Below, piece after piece: positions 8,715 to 17,781 of a stretch of 64,000 nt of DNA. The translations under genes were made by a program, and so were the position numbers. The notes beneath the pieces were generated by a model, which worked only from the letters and a program-made list of their open reading frames with translations, ran no database searches and was not told where the DNA came from. The stretch is from an uncultured Candidatus Saccharibacteria bacterium (lineage in GTDB: Bacteria; Patescibacteriota; Minisyncoccia; Phycocordibacterales; CAZNKJ01). How positions within the stretch are numbered: position 1 is the first letter of the stretch; every line of letters starts with the position of its first letter. Where the stretch lies: the NCBI GenBank assembly GCA_964574145.1, contig CAZNKJ010000002.1:2075-66074 (forward strand). The letters run 5' to 3'.

Positions 8715-9335
8715 TTAATTACGGTTTTGCAAAGCATTTTTTATGGTTTCAGTATCTGAATATTCAAGTTCGGTACCGGTGGAAAGTCCTCGTCCAAGTG
8801 TTGAGATTTTGAATCCATATTTTTCTCTAAGAGGGGCTAGGAGTTCATTTAAAAAGTTGGCTGTATTGTCGCCATCAGGGTTATTTGAGAGAGCGAAAAT
8901 AACCTCTTCGCACCTTTTGTTTTTGCATTCTTTTTCTATGCGCGATAAAAGTTCTTTACTTCGTATATAACGTTCTGGTTCTTTTTCTAGAATAGGCACA
9001 GTACCCCCTATGACAAAATAGTATCCTTTGTATGCACTACTTCGTTCTATATTTTCCAAGTCAACATCTTTTTCTACTATCATAATTTCAGATAAGTTTC
9101 TGTTTTGGTTATTGCAAATAGCGCAGAGCTTTTCATTTTCACTATGTGTTTCAAAAAAGCGGAAACACTTATTACATAGAGATACTTCATTTCTTAATTC
9201 CTTTAAATTAGAAGAAAGTTCGTCTAGAAAGTGAGAATTACGCGTGAGCAAAAAATATACGAAACGTCTAGCTTGTCTTGGACCAATGCCAGGGAATTGT
9301 CTAAAAGACTCTACCAGTTTTTCTATAGAACTCAT
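8715..9335 (-). CDS. recR: recombination protein RecR
   Basis: FRQFPGIGPRQARR HhH motif, C4 zinc finger, Toprim domain. Confidence 0.95.
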   Translation of the reverse strand: MSSIEKLVESFRQFPGIGPRQARRFVYFLLTRNSHFLDELSSNLKELRNEVSLCNKCFRFFETHSENEKLCAICNNQNRNLSEIMIVEKDVDLENIERSSAYKGYYFVIGGTVPILEKEPERYIRSKELLSRIEKECKNKRCEEVIFALSNNPDGDNTANFLNELLAPLREKYGFKISTLGRGLSTGTELEYSDTETIKNALQNRN

Positions 9336-9357
9336 TTTTGTCTATTGGATTAGATAT

Positions 9358-10758
9358 TTAAAATTCATTTTCTGATGAAGATGGGCTATCAAAATCTCCA
9401 AATTCACTCTTATCAACAGATAGGAATGATACTTTTTGCTCATCAAAATATAGTTCAATTTTGCCAACTGGACCATTGCGGTGTTTTTCAATTAGTATTT
9501 CCGCAATATTGTTATTTTCTACTTCATCATTCATCTTGTCTTCGCGATGAATAAACATGACAACATCTGCATCTTGCTCAATAGAACCTGAGTCACGTAG
9601 GTCAGAGAGTCTGGGGCGTCCTCGTCGTTGTTCTACGGCTCGTGAAAGCTGGGAGAGCGCAAGAACGGGGACCTCAAGTTCTCGTGCCATATGTTTTAAA
9701 GAACGTGAAATTTCAGTAACTTGTTGGACAAGAGAGTCAGATTTACGGCTTGCTGTCGGAGCCATTAATTGGAGATAGTCCACTATTATAAGGCCTAAAC
9801 CTTTTTCGCTTTTTAGTCGGCGGGCGACTGAACGCATTTTCAAGATATCACTTCCTGGTTTGTCATCTATATAAACAGGAGCTTTAGAGAGTTTGTCTAG
9901 TGCTACTCGTATTTGGTCAAATTCTGCGTCCGTTGAAAGATTCCCTGTGCGTAACTTCCAAGCGTTTACTCGTGATTCTGCAGCTAACATTCGGTCTACT
10001 AATTGTTGAGAGCTCATTTCAAGAGAAAAAATACCAACAGGAGTGTTAAATTGAGTCGCAGCTTGGCGAGCTATGTCTAGCGCCAGAGCAGTTTTCCCCA
10101 TTGAAGGGCGGGCGGCCAATATTATCAGGTCTGATTTTTGAAATCCGGCAAGCATATTATCTAAGTCACGGAAACCACTACGAACACCTCGAAGCTCATC
10201 TTTTGTTTTATGTAAATTGTCTAGACGCTCCCAAGCTTCTCCTAATGTCTCTTTTAATTCTACAAATTTATGCAGAGTAGGGGAGTTAGTCACTTCGTAC
10301 ACTTTTCTTTCTGCTTCATCTAGAAGTTCCTCTATGTCCTTACCTTCATCGTACCCAAGTTCTGAGAGGTAATCAGCTGCGTTAATCAAATTACGCATCA
10401 TTGATTTTTTCTGGACTATATTGGCGTAATGCTTAACATTTCCTGCTGAAGGTACGGCGTTAACGAGTTCAGCTAAGTAAGTTCGCCCCCCTATTCTTTC
10501 AAGAAGTTTCTTTTCTCCAAGTTTGGAAGACATAGAGAGTAAGTCTATAGGTTCACTTTTTGCAAAGAGGTCAAGCATGGCTTCATAAATAAGCCTATGT
10601 TTATCTGCGTAAAAAGAGTATGGGGATATAATATCAATGATGTCATGCATTGATTCTGGCTTGATCATAACAGAACCCAAGAGAGCTTTCTCCGATTCTA
10701 TATTATGCGGAGGAATGCGTAGCGTTTGACCACTAGAGAGACGTTCTTTGGTTGTCAT
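9358..10758 (-). CDS. dnaB: replicative DNA helicase DnaB
   Basis: N-terminal DnaB domain, Walker A ARPSMGKT, RecA-like C-terminal domain. Confidence 0.95.
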   Translation of the reverse strand: MTTKERLSSGQTLRIPPHNIESEKALLGSVMIKPESMHDIIDIISPYSFYADKHRLIYEAMLDLFAKSEPIDLLSMSSKLGEKKLLERIGGRTYLAELVNAVPSAGNVKHYANIVQKKSMMRNLINAADYLSELGYDEGKDIEELLDEAERKVYEVTNSPTLHKFVELKETLGEAWERLDNLHKTKDELRGVRSGFRDLDNMLAGFQKSDLIILAARPSMGKTALALDIARQAATQFNTPVGIFSLEMSSQQLVDRMLAAESRVNAWKLRTGNLSTDAEFDQIRVALDKLSKAPVYIDDKPGSDILKMRSVARRLKSEKGLGLIIVDYLQLMAPTASRKSDSLVQQVTEISRSLKHMARELEVPVLALSQLSRAVEQRRGRPRLSDLRDSGSIEQDADVVMFIHREDKMNDEVENNNIAEILIEKHRNGPVGKIELYFDEQKVSFLSVDKSEFGDFDSPSSSENEF

Positions 10759-10837
10759 AAATTAATAATATCATATTTGTAGGTATACAAAAAAACATGT
10801 TTTGTTATGAAATATGTGCTTAAGATGTGTATAAAAA

Positions 10838-10876
10838 AAGACCCTTTGATGTTATCTTAGGGCCTTTTCTCTATAT
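10838..10876 (-). terminator. rho-independent terminator of the small gene 10893..11126
   Basis: Minus-strand reading aaaaggccct...agggtcttttttt: 8-bp stem with one mismatch, then T7. Confidence 0.6.
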
Positions 10877-10892
10877 ATTCAGAGAGAGTTGG

Positions 10893-11126
10893 TTAATGTC
10901 CACAACAATTTAGATTTAAGATGGCGCGAATGCGATTTCCCTGGTCGTCATAAGCACTGAAGATGTCATCTGTGTTACTGGAACGATTCTCATTGTGGTT
11001 ATCGGTAACTCCGCAAGCCTCGTCCTCATCTTGGTAGTCGCCAAACAGATAGCAAGTATTTGTGAAGAGGTCTGTTCCGATCACTCTGGTTTTACCTTCT
11101 GGAGCTTTAAACATTGCAGAATACAT
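10893..11126 (-). CDS. small acidic Cys-containing protein of unknown function (77 aa, C-terminal CCGH)
   Basis: Own SD (aaagggg), TTGACA-like upstream element, own terminator; local GC elevated; no family recognised. Confidence 0.4.
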   Translation of the reverse strand: MYSAMFKAPEGKTRVIGTDLFTNTCYLFGDYQDEDEACGVTDNHNENRSSNTDDIFSAYDDQGNRIRAILNLNCCGH

Positions 11127-11209
11127 AGGTTGCCCCTTTCTTTTTCAAAAAATTTTTTGGAACGATGTCCGCATATAATTGTTATATGACTTCTCTAAGA
11201 TGTCAACTT

Positions 11210-12706
11210 CTAGTATTGCTTAACTGAAGGTCCGTCTGGTGTGTCTAAAACTGTATATCCCGCAGATTCAATTTTCTTTCTTATCTCATCCGCTATTTTC
11301 CAATCTTTATTTTTGCGTGCACTTTCTCTTTTAGCTATTAGTTTGCGTATTTCTGGAGGAGTTTCTGAGACAGATATTTTTTTTTCTATTCCAGTGAGTA
11401 AAGTTTTTAATTTTCTATGTCCTTCAATGAGACCTAGTCCAAGCACTTTATCAAAATCCAGAAGAGTTACACGTTTATCTTTTTTATTTATAGAATTGTC
11501 TTTGATAAGTTCCCATAGGATCACAAGGGCTCCTGGTGTGTCAAGGTTGTCATTTATGCGTTCAAGAAAACGTTTCTTGAATTCCTCATTTATCTTACCG
11601 TTTTTTATACCTAATTCATCAACAAAGATGCGCAATAGTCTTGAAAATGCTACTTGCGCGCCCTCTAGTGCTTCCCATGTAAAGTTCATTGGACTTTGGT
11701 AGTGTCCAGTAAGTACCCAATAACGATAAGCTAGCGGGGTTATTTCTTTTTTTTCAAGTTGTCTAAGTAGTATGCCGTTGTTTGCTGATTTAGATATTTT
11801 TTTCCCGTTCATAGTAATAAAGGCATTATGTAGCCAATATTTTACGTATTGTTTTTTTGTTACAGCTTCGGCTTGTGCAATCTCGTTGTTGTGGTGAATA
11901 GAAATATGTTCGATACCTCCTGTATGAATATCTATTTGTTTTCCAAGTTTTGAAAAAACCATAGCTGTACATTCTAAATGCCAGCCAGGGAAACCAACAC
12001 CCCAAGGCGATTCCCATTCTTGTTGACGTCTACTATTTTTCTTTTGTGAAAATTTCCATAAGGCAAAATCAGTGGGGTTTCTTTTTTCTTTATTTATTTC
12101 AACACGAGCTCCTTCTTTTAGAGATTCGATATCTATATTTCCTAGAGCTCCATAGGATGGGAAAAGGGAAGTGTCATAGTATATTCCGTCTGTTGTTTTA
12201 TAAGCGTAACCTTTTTCTTCTAGGGTTTCTACAAGAGCGATCTGTTCTTTTATAAAGTCTGTAGCGCGTGTAAAAATAATAGTTTCTGTATGTACATTGA
12301 GCTTATTGAGATCTTTTTTCCATGAGTCGGTTATTAAAGTGGCAAGTTTTTTAGCGCTTACACCAGCACGAGATGCTCCTTTTTCCATCTTATCCTCTCC
12401 GCTGTCGGCATCTGACGTAAGATGTCCAACGTCTGTAATATTAATTACTTGTTTAACGGTATAATTGTTGTAAATAAGAGTGCGTTTGAGTATGTCGGCA
12501 AAAATATAAGCGCGGAGATTGCCTATATGTTGATAGTCATACACAGTAGGGCCACAGTTATACATCTTCACTATACGTGGATTAATCGGAACAAACTCCT
12601 CCTTTTTTTTAGTTTGAGTATTAAAAAGAAAAAGAGAGTTTTTTCTCTTTATATTTTTTTCTTTAAAATATGTATTTTTGAATAGTTTGAAAAAGCTGAA
12701 AGTCAT
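11210..12706 (-). CDS. cysS: cysteine--tRNA ligase
   Basis: MYNCGPTVYDYQHIGNLR (HIGH region), KISKS (KMSKS-type); true start is probably about 25-30 codons inside the ORF. Confidence 0.95.
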   Translation of the reverse strand: MTFSFFKLFKNTYFKEKNIKRKNSLFLFNTQTKKKEEFVPINPRIVKMYNCGPTVYDYQHIGNLRAYIFADILKRTLIYNNYTVKQVINITDVGHLTSDADSGEDKMEKGASRAGVSAKKLATLITDSWKKDLNKLNVHTETIIFTRATDFIKEQIALVETLEEKGYAYKTTDGIYYDTSLFPSYGALGNIDIESLKEGARVEINKEKRNPTDFALWKFSQKKNSRRQQEWESPWGVGFPGWHLECTAMVFSKLGKQIDIHTGGIEHISIHHNNEIAQAEAVTKKQYVKYWLHNAFITMNGKKISKSANNGILLRQLEKKEITPLAYRYWVLTGHYQSPMNFTWEALEGAQVAFSRLLRIFVDELGIKNGKINEEFKKRFLERINDNLDTPGALVILWELIKDNSINKKDKRVTLLDFDKVLGLGLIEGHRKLKTLLTGIEKKISVSETPPEIRKLIAKRESARKNKDWKIADEIRKKIESAGYTVLDTPDGPSVKQY

Positions 12707-12718
12707 ATGTATTTTTTT

Positions 12719-13636
12719 CTACAACCATTTTTTATATTTGAAAAATATAAAGAAAAATACAGCAGCCAGCAACATAATTCCAAGAATTACCCAGAAATCG
12801 CCGTAAAAGCCAGTTAAGGGTAATGTTTTTGTATTCATGCCAAAGATGGAAGCAAACAGGGATAGTGGAAATGTGACAAAGGCCATTATTGTCAGTACTT
12901 TTATAGTCTCATTTTGTTTTGTTGTAAGAAGTGAATTATTTGTTGCGCGTAGTTCTCTCAGTAAATCCATTTTAGCTGCGACCGAATTTTGTATTCGAAA
13001 ATATTCATTGATAATTTTTTTTGATTTGTTCATATACTGTTCTTCAAAAAACTTCTTGGAAATTGCTTCAAATGTTTCAAGAATCTCGCGATGTGCAGAA
13101 AGAGTTTGTTTAAAATCCAAAAGCTCTCGGCTGATTTTTGAGAGATCAAAAACCATTTCTCTTTCCCGCTCTTCAAAGACTTTTTGTTCTATCTCTCTAA
13201 GTGAATCACCAATATATTCTAATTCATGTTCAATGGCGTGATAAAGTTTTTTGATCATATAGTAGAACACATGTCCAGCGTGTTTATCGGTGTTATTTTT
13301 GTCTAAGATTGAATCAACTTCAAAAAGTTTTGCAAATTTGTGTATGGGGTCAATCGTGTCATATCTGGTAGTAATAAGAAAATTTTTACCTATTATAAAA
13401 TCTACTTCTTGGTTTTTTTGAGAAGTGTGAGTATGTTTGAAAGCGGGGAAGTGCAGAATTAAGTAGATTACAGAGTTCCCCCAAAATTCTATATGTGGTT
13501 TTACAGAAGGAAGTAAGAGCTCTTCAGCTACATGTGGATGAATTTCATATTCTTCCATTATTTTTCGCACCTCTTCGTTTGTTGGAGATTCAAGATCTAT
13601 CCAAGTGACGTTATTGTGTTTATATCGGGTGAGCAT
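12719..13636 (-). CDS. corA: CorA-family Mg2+/Co2+ transporter
   Basis: FGMNTK (GMN motif) followed by two C-terminal TM helices. Confidence 0.85.
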   Translation of the reverse strand: MLTRYKHNNVTWIDLESPTNEEVRKIMEEYEIHPHVAEELLLPSVKPHIEFWGNSVIYLILHFPAFKHTHTSQKNQEVDFIIGKNFLITTRYDTIDPIHKFAKLFEVDSILDKNNTDKHAGHVFYYMIKKLYHAIEHELEYIGDSLREIEQKVFEEREREMVFDLSKISRELLDFKQTLSAHREILETFEAISKKFFEEQYMNKSKKIINEYFRIQNSVAAKMDLLRELRATNNSLLTTKQNETIKVLTIMAFVTFPLSLFASIFGMNTKTLPLTGFYGDFWVILGIMLLAAVFFFIFFKYKKWL

Positions 13637-13755
13637 TACATAAGACAGTATAACATGCAGTAATTAAGGTGTAATATTTTGTCCACCATTTTCGGGATAA
13701 TAAATATTAAGTACTGGATATATCAAACTTTACCATTTAGACAAAACCTGCGATA

Positions 13756-15021
13756 ATGGTTTTAAATTTTAGAGCCATGAAAGAAAAATTTCTAGACATG
13801 ATAAATAAGCGCAGATTTATATTTTTTAGTGTTATAACAGTTTCTCTTCTGCTCTCTTTTTGGTTAGGCTTGAATGTAGGATATACAAATAGCAGACAGA
13901 TTGAATCTCTGGCTATTTTGAGCAACAAAGATTCTTTACCCCCAGAAAATATAGATTTTACGCCGTTGTGGAAGGCCTGGAATGTGTTGGAGGATAGATT
14001 TGTTCCAGCAACAACAACTTTATCAAAAACTAACCAAGATTATCTATGGGGAAGTATTAGAGGGCTCGCTGCTTCTTACGGAGATCCTTATACAGTATTT
14101 TTTCCACCCGCAGAAGCAACGATTTTTGAGGAAGATATAAATGGGTCTTTTGGAGGAGTTGGAATGGAGATTGGTGTTAGGAATGGAGTATTAACAGTTG
14201 TATCTCCTTTGAAAGGTACGCCGGCAGAAAAAGCTGGCGTAAAGAGTGGAGATTGGATAATGGAGATAGACAGTAAGAGTACTGATAAAATGTCAGTGGA
14301 CGAAGCTGTACAAAAGATTCGCGGGGAAGTGGGGAAAGCTGTAGTCCTTACAATCTCACGAAAGGAGGATAGTGAGTTAAAAACTATAGAAATTACCCGA
14401 GCTATTATAAGTATCCCTACTATTGATACAAAAATGAGAAAAGATGGGGTTTTTGTTATAAGTCTTTATAATTTTTCTGCTCTGTCACCAAATTTATTTC
14501 GTACCGCGCTTAGAGAGTTTGTTCAGTCAAACAGCAATAAACTTGTTCTTGATCTGAGAAATAATCCTGGAGGTTTTCTAGCAGCTGCTATTGATATGGC
14601 AAGCTGGTTTTTGCCTGCGGGGAAGGTTGTTGTCACGGAAGATTTTGGTAAGGGGGTTGAGCCAAAAATTCACAGAAGTAAGGGATATAATATTTTCACA
14701 AAACAGCTCAAAATGGTAATTTTGGTTAATGGAGGAAGTGCTTCTGCTTCTGAGATTTTGGCGGGAGCATTGCAAGAACAAGGTGTAGCAACACTTGTTG
14801 GACAGAGTACCTTTGGTAAAGGGTCAGTGCAGGAGGTGATAAAGATTACTCCAGATACTTCGCTTAAAGTAACAATAGCGCGCTGGTTGACTCCAAACGG
14901 AATCTCCATTTCAGATGGGGGTCTTACTCCAACAGTGGAGATAAAAATGACTGCAGAAGATGTTGAAGCTGGTAGAGATCCTCAGCTGCTGAAAGCAGTT
15001 TCTGTATTGTTAGAAAACTAG
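13756..15021 (+). CDS. ctpA: carboxy-terminal processing protease (peptidase S41, Ctp/Prc)
   Basis: N-terminal TM, PDZ domain (GVKSGDWIMEID), S41 serine motif ILVNGGSASASEILAGALQ. Confidence 0.9.
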   Translation: MVLNFRAMKEKFLDMINKRRFIFFSVITVSLLLSFWLGLNVGYTNSRQIESLAILSNKDSLPPENIDFTPLWKAWNVLEDRFVPATTTLSKTNQDYLWGSIRGLAASYGDPYTVFFPPAEATIFEEDINGSFGGVGMEIGVRNGVLTVVSPLKGTPAEKAGVKSGDWIMEIDSKSTDKMSVDEAVQKIRGEVGKAVVLTISRKEDSELKTIEITRAIISIPTIDTKMRKDGVFVISLYNFSALSPNLFRTALREFVQSNSNKLVLDLRNNPGGFLAAAIDMASWFLPAGKVVVTEDFGKGVEPKIHRSKGYNIFTKQLKMVILVNGGSASASEILAGALQEQGVATLVGQSTFGKGSVQEVIKITPDTSLKVTIARWLTPNGISISDGGLTPTVEIKMTAEDVEAGRDPQLLKAVSVLLEN

Positions 15022-15051
15022 AATTAGTAGATGTATTAATTAAAGTAATAT

Positions 15052-15501
15052 TTGAAAATGAAAGTTATACTTCTCAATGATATTCCAAAGATTGGAAGAA
15101 AGGGTGATATAAAAGATGTAGCAAGTGGTTATGCTACAAACTATCTCTTGCCTCGCGGGTTAGTGGAGGTTGCGACTGAGAAAAAAATACAGGAATTGGA
15201 AGAAAGGAAAAAAGAGTCAGTCGTAGAACAAAAAATACAAGAGAATTTGTTAGAAAAAAATATACAGGCTTTGAAAGGAGTAGTGGTCGAAATATCTGCA
15301 AAAGCAAATGAAAAAGGACATCTTTATGAGAGTGTTCATATTCTAGAAATACTACATGCTCTTAAAAAACAAGAACATGTAGATCTTAATGAAGAGAGTC
15401 TTTCTTTAGATGGTCCGATTAAGGAAATAGGTGAGCAGACTATTTCAGTAAAAGAGGGAAATTTTGTCGGATCTTTTGTTGTGTCTGTGAAAGCTCAATA
15501 A
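15052..15501 (+). CDS. rplI: 50S ribosomal protein L9
   Basis: MKVILLNDIPKIGRKGDIKDVASGYATNYLLPRG. Confidence 0.9.
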   Translation: MKMKVILLNDIPKIGRKGDIKDVASGYATNYLLPRGLVEVATEKKIQELEERKKESVVEQKIQENLLEKNIQALKGVVVEISAKANEKGHLYESVHILEILHALKKQEHVDLNEESLSLDGPIKEIGEQTISVKEGNFVGSFVVSVKAQ

Positions 15502-15529
15502 TTTTAACAAGATAAACAATTAACTAACT

Positions 15530-15814
15530 ATGTCTTCAGTAGACAAAAACAAAGCTTTAAGTGTTAAAACTCAAGACATGAATAGAGCTATCGACTCGTT
15601 AAATGAAGAGATGAAAGCTGTAGACTGGTATCAACAAAGGGCTGATGTTACAACAGACGAGAACCTTAAAGGTGTCTTATTGCACAACATGAATGAAGAG
15701 TTGGAACATGCAGCGATGTTGATAGAGTGGATACGTCAACAAAGTCCTCAATTTAGTAAGGAACTAAAGAAATATCTTTTTAGTGATTCTGAGGATATTT
15801 CTAAAATGGAGTAG
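15530..15814 (+). CDS. EncFtn-like (encapsulated-ferritin-like) small four-helix protein
   Basis: 94 aa; EEMKAVDWYQQRADVTTDENLKGVLLHNMNEELEHAAMLIEWIRQQ resembles the Glu/His metal-site region of encapsulin cargo ferritin-like proteins, from memory only. Confidence 0.5.
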   Translation: MSSVDKNKALSVKTQDMNRAIDSLNEEMKAVDWYQQRADVTTDENLKGVLLHNMNEELEHAAMLIEWIRQQSPQFSKELKKYLFSDSEDISKME

Positions 15815-15825
15815 ACAAAAAACGC

Positions 15826-15872
15826 AAAATAAAAACTTCTCGTGTCGAGTATCGAGAGGTTTTTATTTTGCG
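15826..15872 (+). terminator. imperfect hairpin downstream of the EncFtn-like gene (cttctcg...cgagagg + T-run)
   Basis: Stem-loop followed by tttttatttt. Confidence 0.4.
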
Positions 15873-16162
15873 TCTATTGATTTTAATTTCCGAGTAGCTT
15901 CTTCGAGTTTGTTTTGATGTTCGTGTATTTTGCGTTTCAGTTCATCTTTTTCTCTTACCAGCCTACGCTTACTGTCTTCTTTTTTTGGAACAATGCTTCG
16001 TGACAGATTTTTTATTTCGCGTTCAAGTTCATCGATCTGTCTTTTATCTGTAGATATTTCTTGCTCGGTCTGAGATATTTGAGACTCCTTTGCCCGTAAG
16101 TCATTTTCCAACTGTTGAATTTCTCTATTGAGAGAGTTTAAGAGGTTGTTTATATCAGACAT
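15863..16162 (-). CDS. coiled-coil protein, unknown function
   Basis: 99 aa, heptad-rich and E/K/R/Q-rich. Confidence 0.4.
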   Translation of the reverse strand: MSDINNLLNSLNREIQQLENDLRAKESQISQTEQEISTDKRQIDELEREIKNLSRSIVPKKEDSKRRLVREKDELKRKIHEHQNKLEEATRKLKSIDAK

Positions 16163-16239
16163 ATTGTAATGTATTCACAAGAGATAATCTCTTTCTTTAA
16201 TTTTTTATTCTTGCGCAAAAACCATTGTATTTATGGAGG

Positions 16240-16518
16240 TTAAGATGTGACAATGTTCACACATTTTTTGAGGTTAGTGGTGCCATCAAATTTCTTTTTG
16301 CGATGTTGTGTGAATTTAACTATCCCATCCTTAAGAGCAAAAAGCGTATGATCCTTACCCATCCCCACGTTGTTTCCTGGGATAATGCGAGTGCCTCGTT
16401 GACGTATGATGATAGAGCCTACCTGAGCTGTTTCTCCATCATAAAGTTTTGTACCCAAATATTTTGGATTGGAATCCCTTAAGTTTTTTGCTGATCCTCC
16501 TGCTTTTCTGTGTGCCAT
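16240..16518 (-). CDS. rpmA: 50S ribosomal protein L27
   Basis: [30 protein letters not shown]-terminus. Confidence 0.9.
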   Translation of the reverse strand: MAHRKAGGSAKNLRDSNPKYLGTKLYDGETAQVGSIIIRQRGTRIIPGNNVGMGKDHTLFALKDGIVKFTQHRKKKFDGTTNLKKCVNIVTS

Positions 16519-16574
16519 AGATGTATTATTTTATAGTATATTCTGTATATCTTTTGATATACTAGTGAATACAG

Positions 16575-16958
16575 ATGAGGAGAAGTATACCAGAGGTTAT
16601 AGATATGATCAAGAGATTTTTGCTAGGAGATTTTTTCATGGTCTTAGTTATTGTCTTAGTTGGGACTGCCAGTTTTGGTTTAGGGAGATTGTCTGTAAAA
16701 GAGGAAAGACGAGAGCCAGTAAGGATTGAATATCCGAATGTTTCAAATACTACCCCAGTAAGTTCAGATACTCAAAATACTTTGAAAAAACCTGCTTCTG
16801 AAGAATATTTTGTCGGGTCTAAAAATGGAAATAAATACCATTATCCTTGGTGTTCCGGAGCTAAACGTATAAAGTTAGAAAATCTTGTACGTTTTGCTAC
16901 TCAAGCAGAAGCTGAAAATGCCGGCTACACTCCAGCGGCAAACTGCAAGGGTTTATAA
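16575..16958 (+). CDS. membrane-anchored protein with an Ada-N-terminal-like metal-binding domain
   Basis: N-terminal TM; C-terminal KYHYPWCSGAKRIKLENLVRFATQAEAENAGYTPAANC matches the Ada Zn-binding pattern but with fewer cysteines. Confidence 0.45.
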   Translation: MRRSIPEVIDMIKRFLLGDFFMVLVIVLVGTASFGLGRLSVKEERREPVRIEYPNVSNTTPVSSDTQNTLKKPASEEYFVGSKNGNKYHYPWCSGAKRIKLENLVRFATQAEAENAGYTPAANCKGL

Positions 16959-16996
16959 AAAAGAAGAGTAATTAATATAAATTAAAACTTTACGTT

Positions 16997-17028
16997 TAAT
17001 AACGAAGGTTTAACCTTCGTTATTTCCT
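16997..17028 (+). terminator. palindromic terminator taataacgaaggtt-t-aaccttcgttatt (same AAGGTTTAACCTT core as the 1-1300 repeats)
   Basis: 14-bp perfect arms, 40 nt after the stop of 16575..16958. Confidence 0.65.
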
Positions 17029-17056
17029 CTGAATATTTCGTGTCATAGAAAGAAAA

Positions 17057-17671
17057 TTGCGGTATACTTATTTTATGATAGTTGTTGACGTAGAAGCGAG
17101 CGGAACTGAATATCACAAGCACTCTATTGTTTCCATTGGAGCGCTTGACCTTGATAATCCACAAAACCAGTTTTATACAGAATGCCGTATTTGGGATGGT
17201 GCGCATATAATGGAGGAAGCTTTGGGAGTAAATGGTTTTACTAGGGCTGAAATTACTGATCCTGGTAAAAAAGACGAAGCGGAATTATTTCGGGAGTTTG
17301 TTGCATGGGCAGAAGATATAGAAGACCGCACTCTTGCCGGACAGAATGTTTCTTTTGATAGAGATTTTATCAAAGCTGCTGCAGAGCGCGCGGGGGAAAA
17401 TTATTCTTTTGCGTATCGTACCATCGACACTCACACACTCGCTTACATGCATATTATTAAACGCGGGAAGAAACCTCCGTTTGATAAAAAAACACGGCAT
17501 AGCGCTTTAAATTTAGATGCTGTGTTGAATTATACGGGTATTCCTGATGAACCAGAACCACATAACGCACTTACGGGAGCATTTTCACATGCCGAGGTAA
17601 TTTCACGGATTTTGTATGACAAACCGTTATTACCAGAATTTGAAAAGTATCCAATTCCGTGGATAGAGTAA
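17057..17671 (+). CDS. DnaQ-like 3'-5' exonuclease (DEDD family)
   Basis: Exo I VVDVEASG, Exo II GQNVSFDRDFI, C-terminal HNALTGAFSHAE. Confidence 0.75.
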   Translation: MRYTYFMIVVDVEASGTEYHKHSIVSIGALDLDNPQNQFYTECRIWDGAHIMEEALGVNGFTRAEITDPGKKDEAELFREFVAWAEDIEDRTLAGQNVSFDRDFIKAAAERAGENYSFAYRTIDTHTLAYMHIIKRGKKPPFDKKTRHSALNLDAVLNYTGIPDEPEPHNALTGAFSHAEVISRILYDKPLLPEFEKYPIPWIE

Positions 17672-17781
17672 ACAAAAGAAAAATGAGTAAACTTACTCAC
17701 ATACGAACAGTATGTTGTTTGGTAGTTTTTAACGTACAATAATACAGTACTAGAAAAATTTGAATAATAAAGATATTTATC

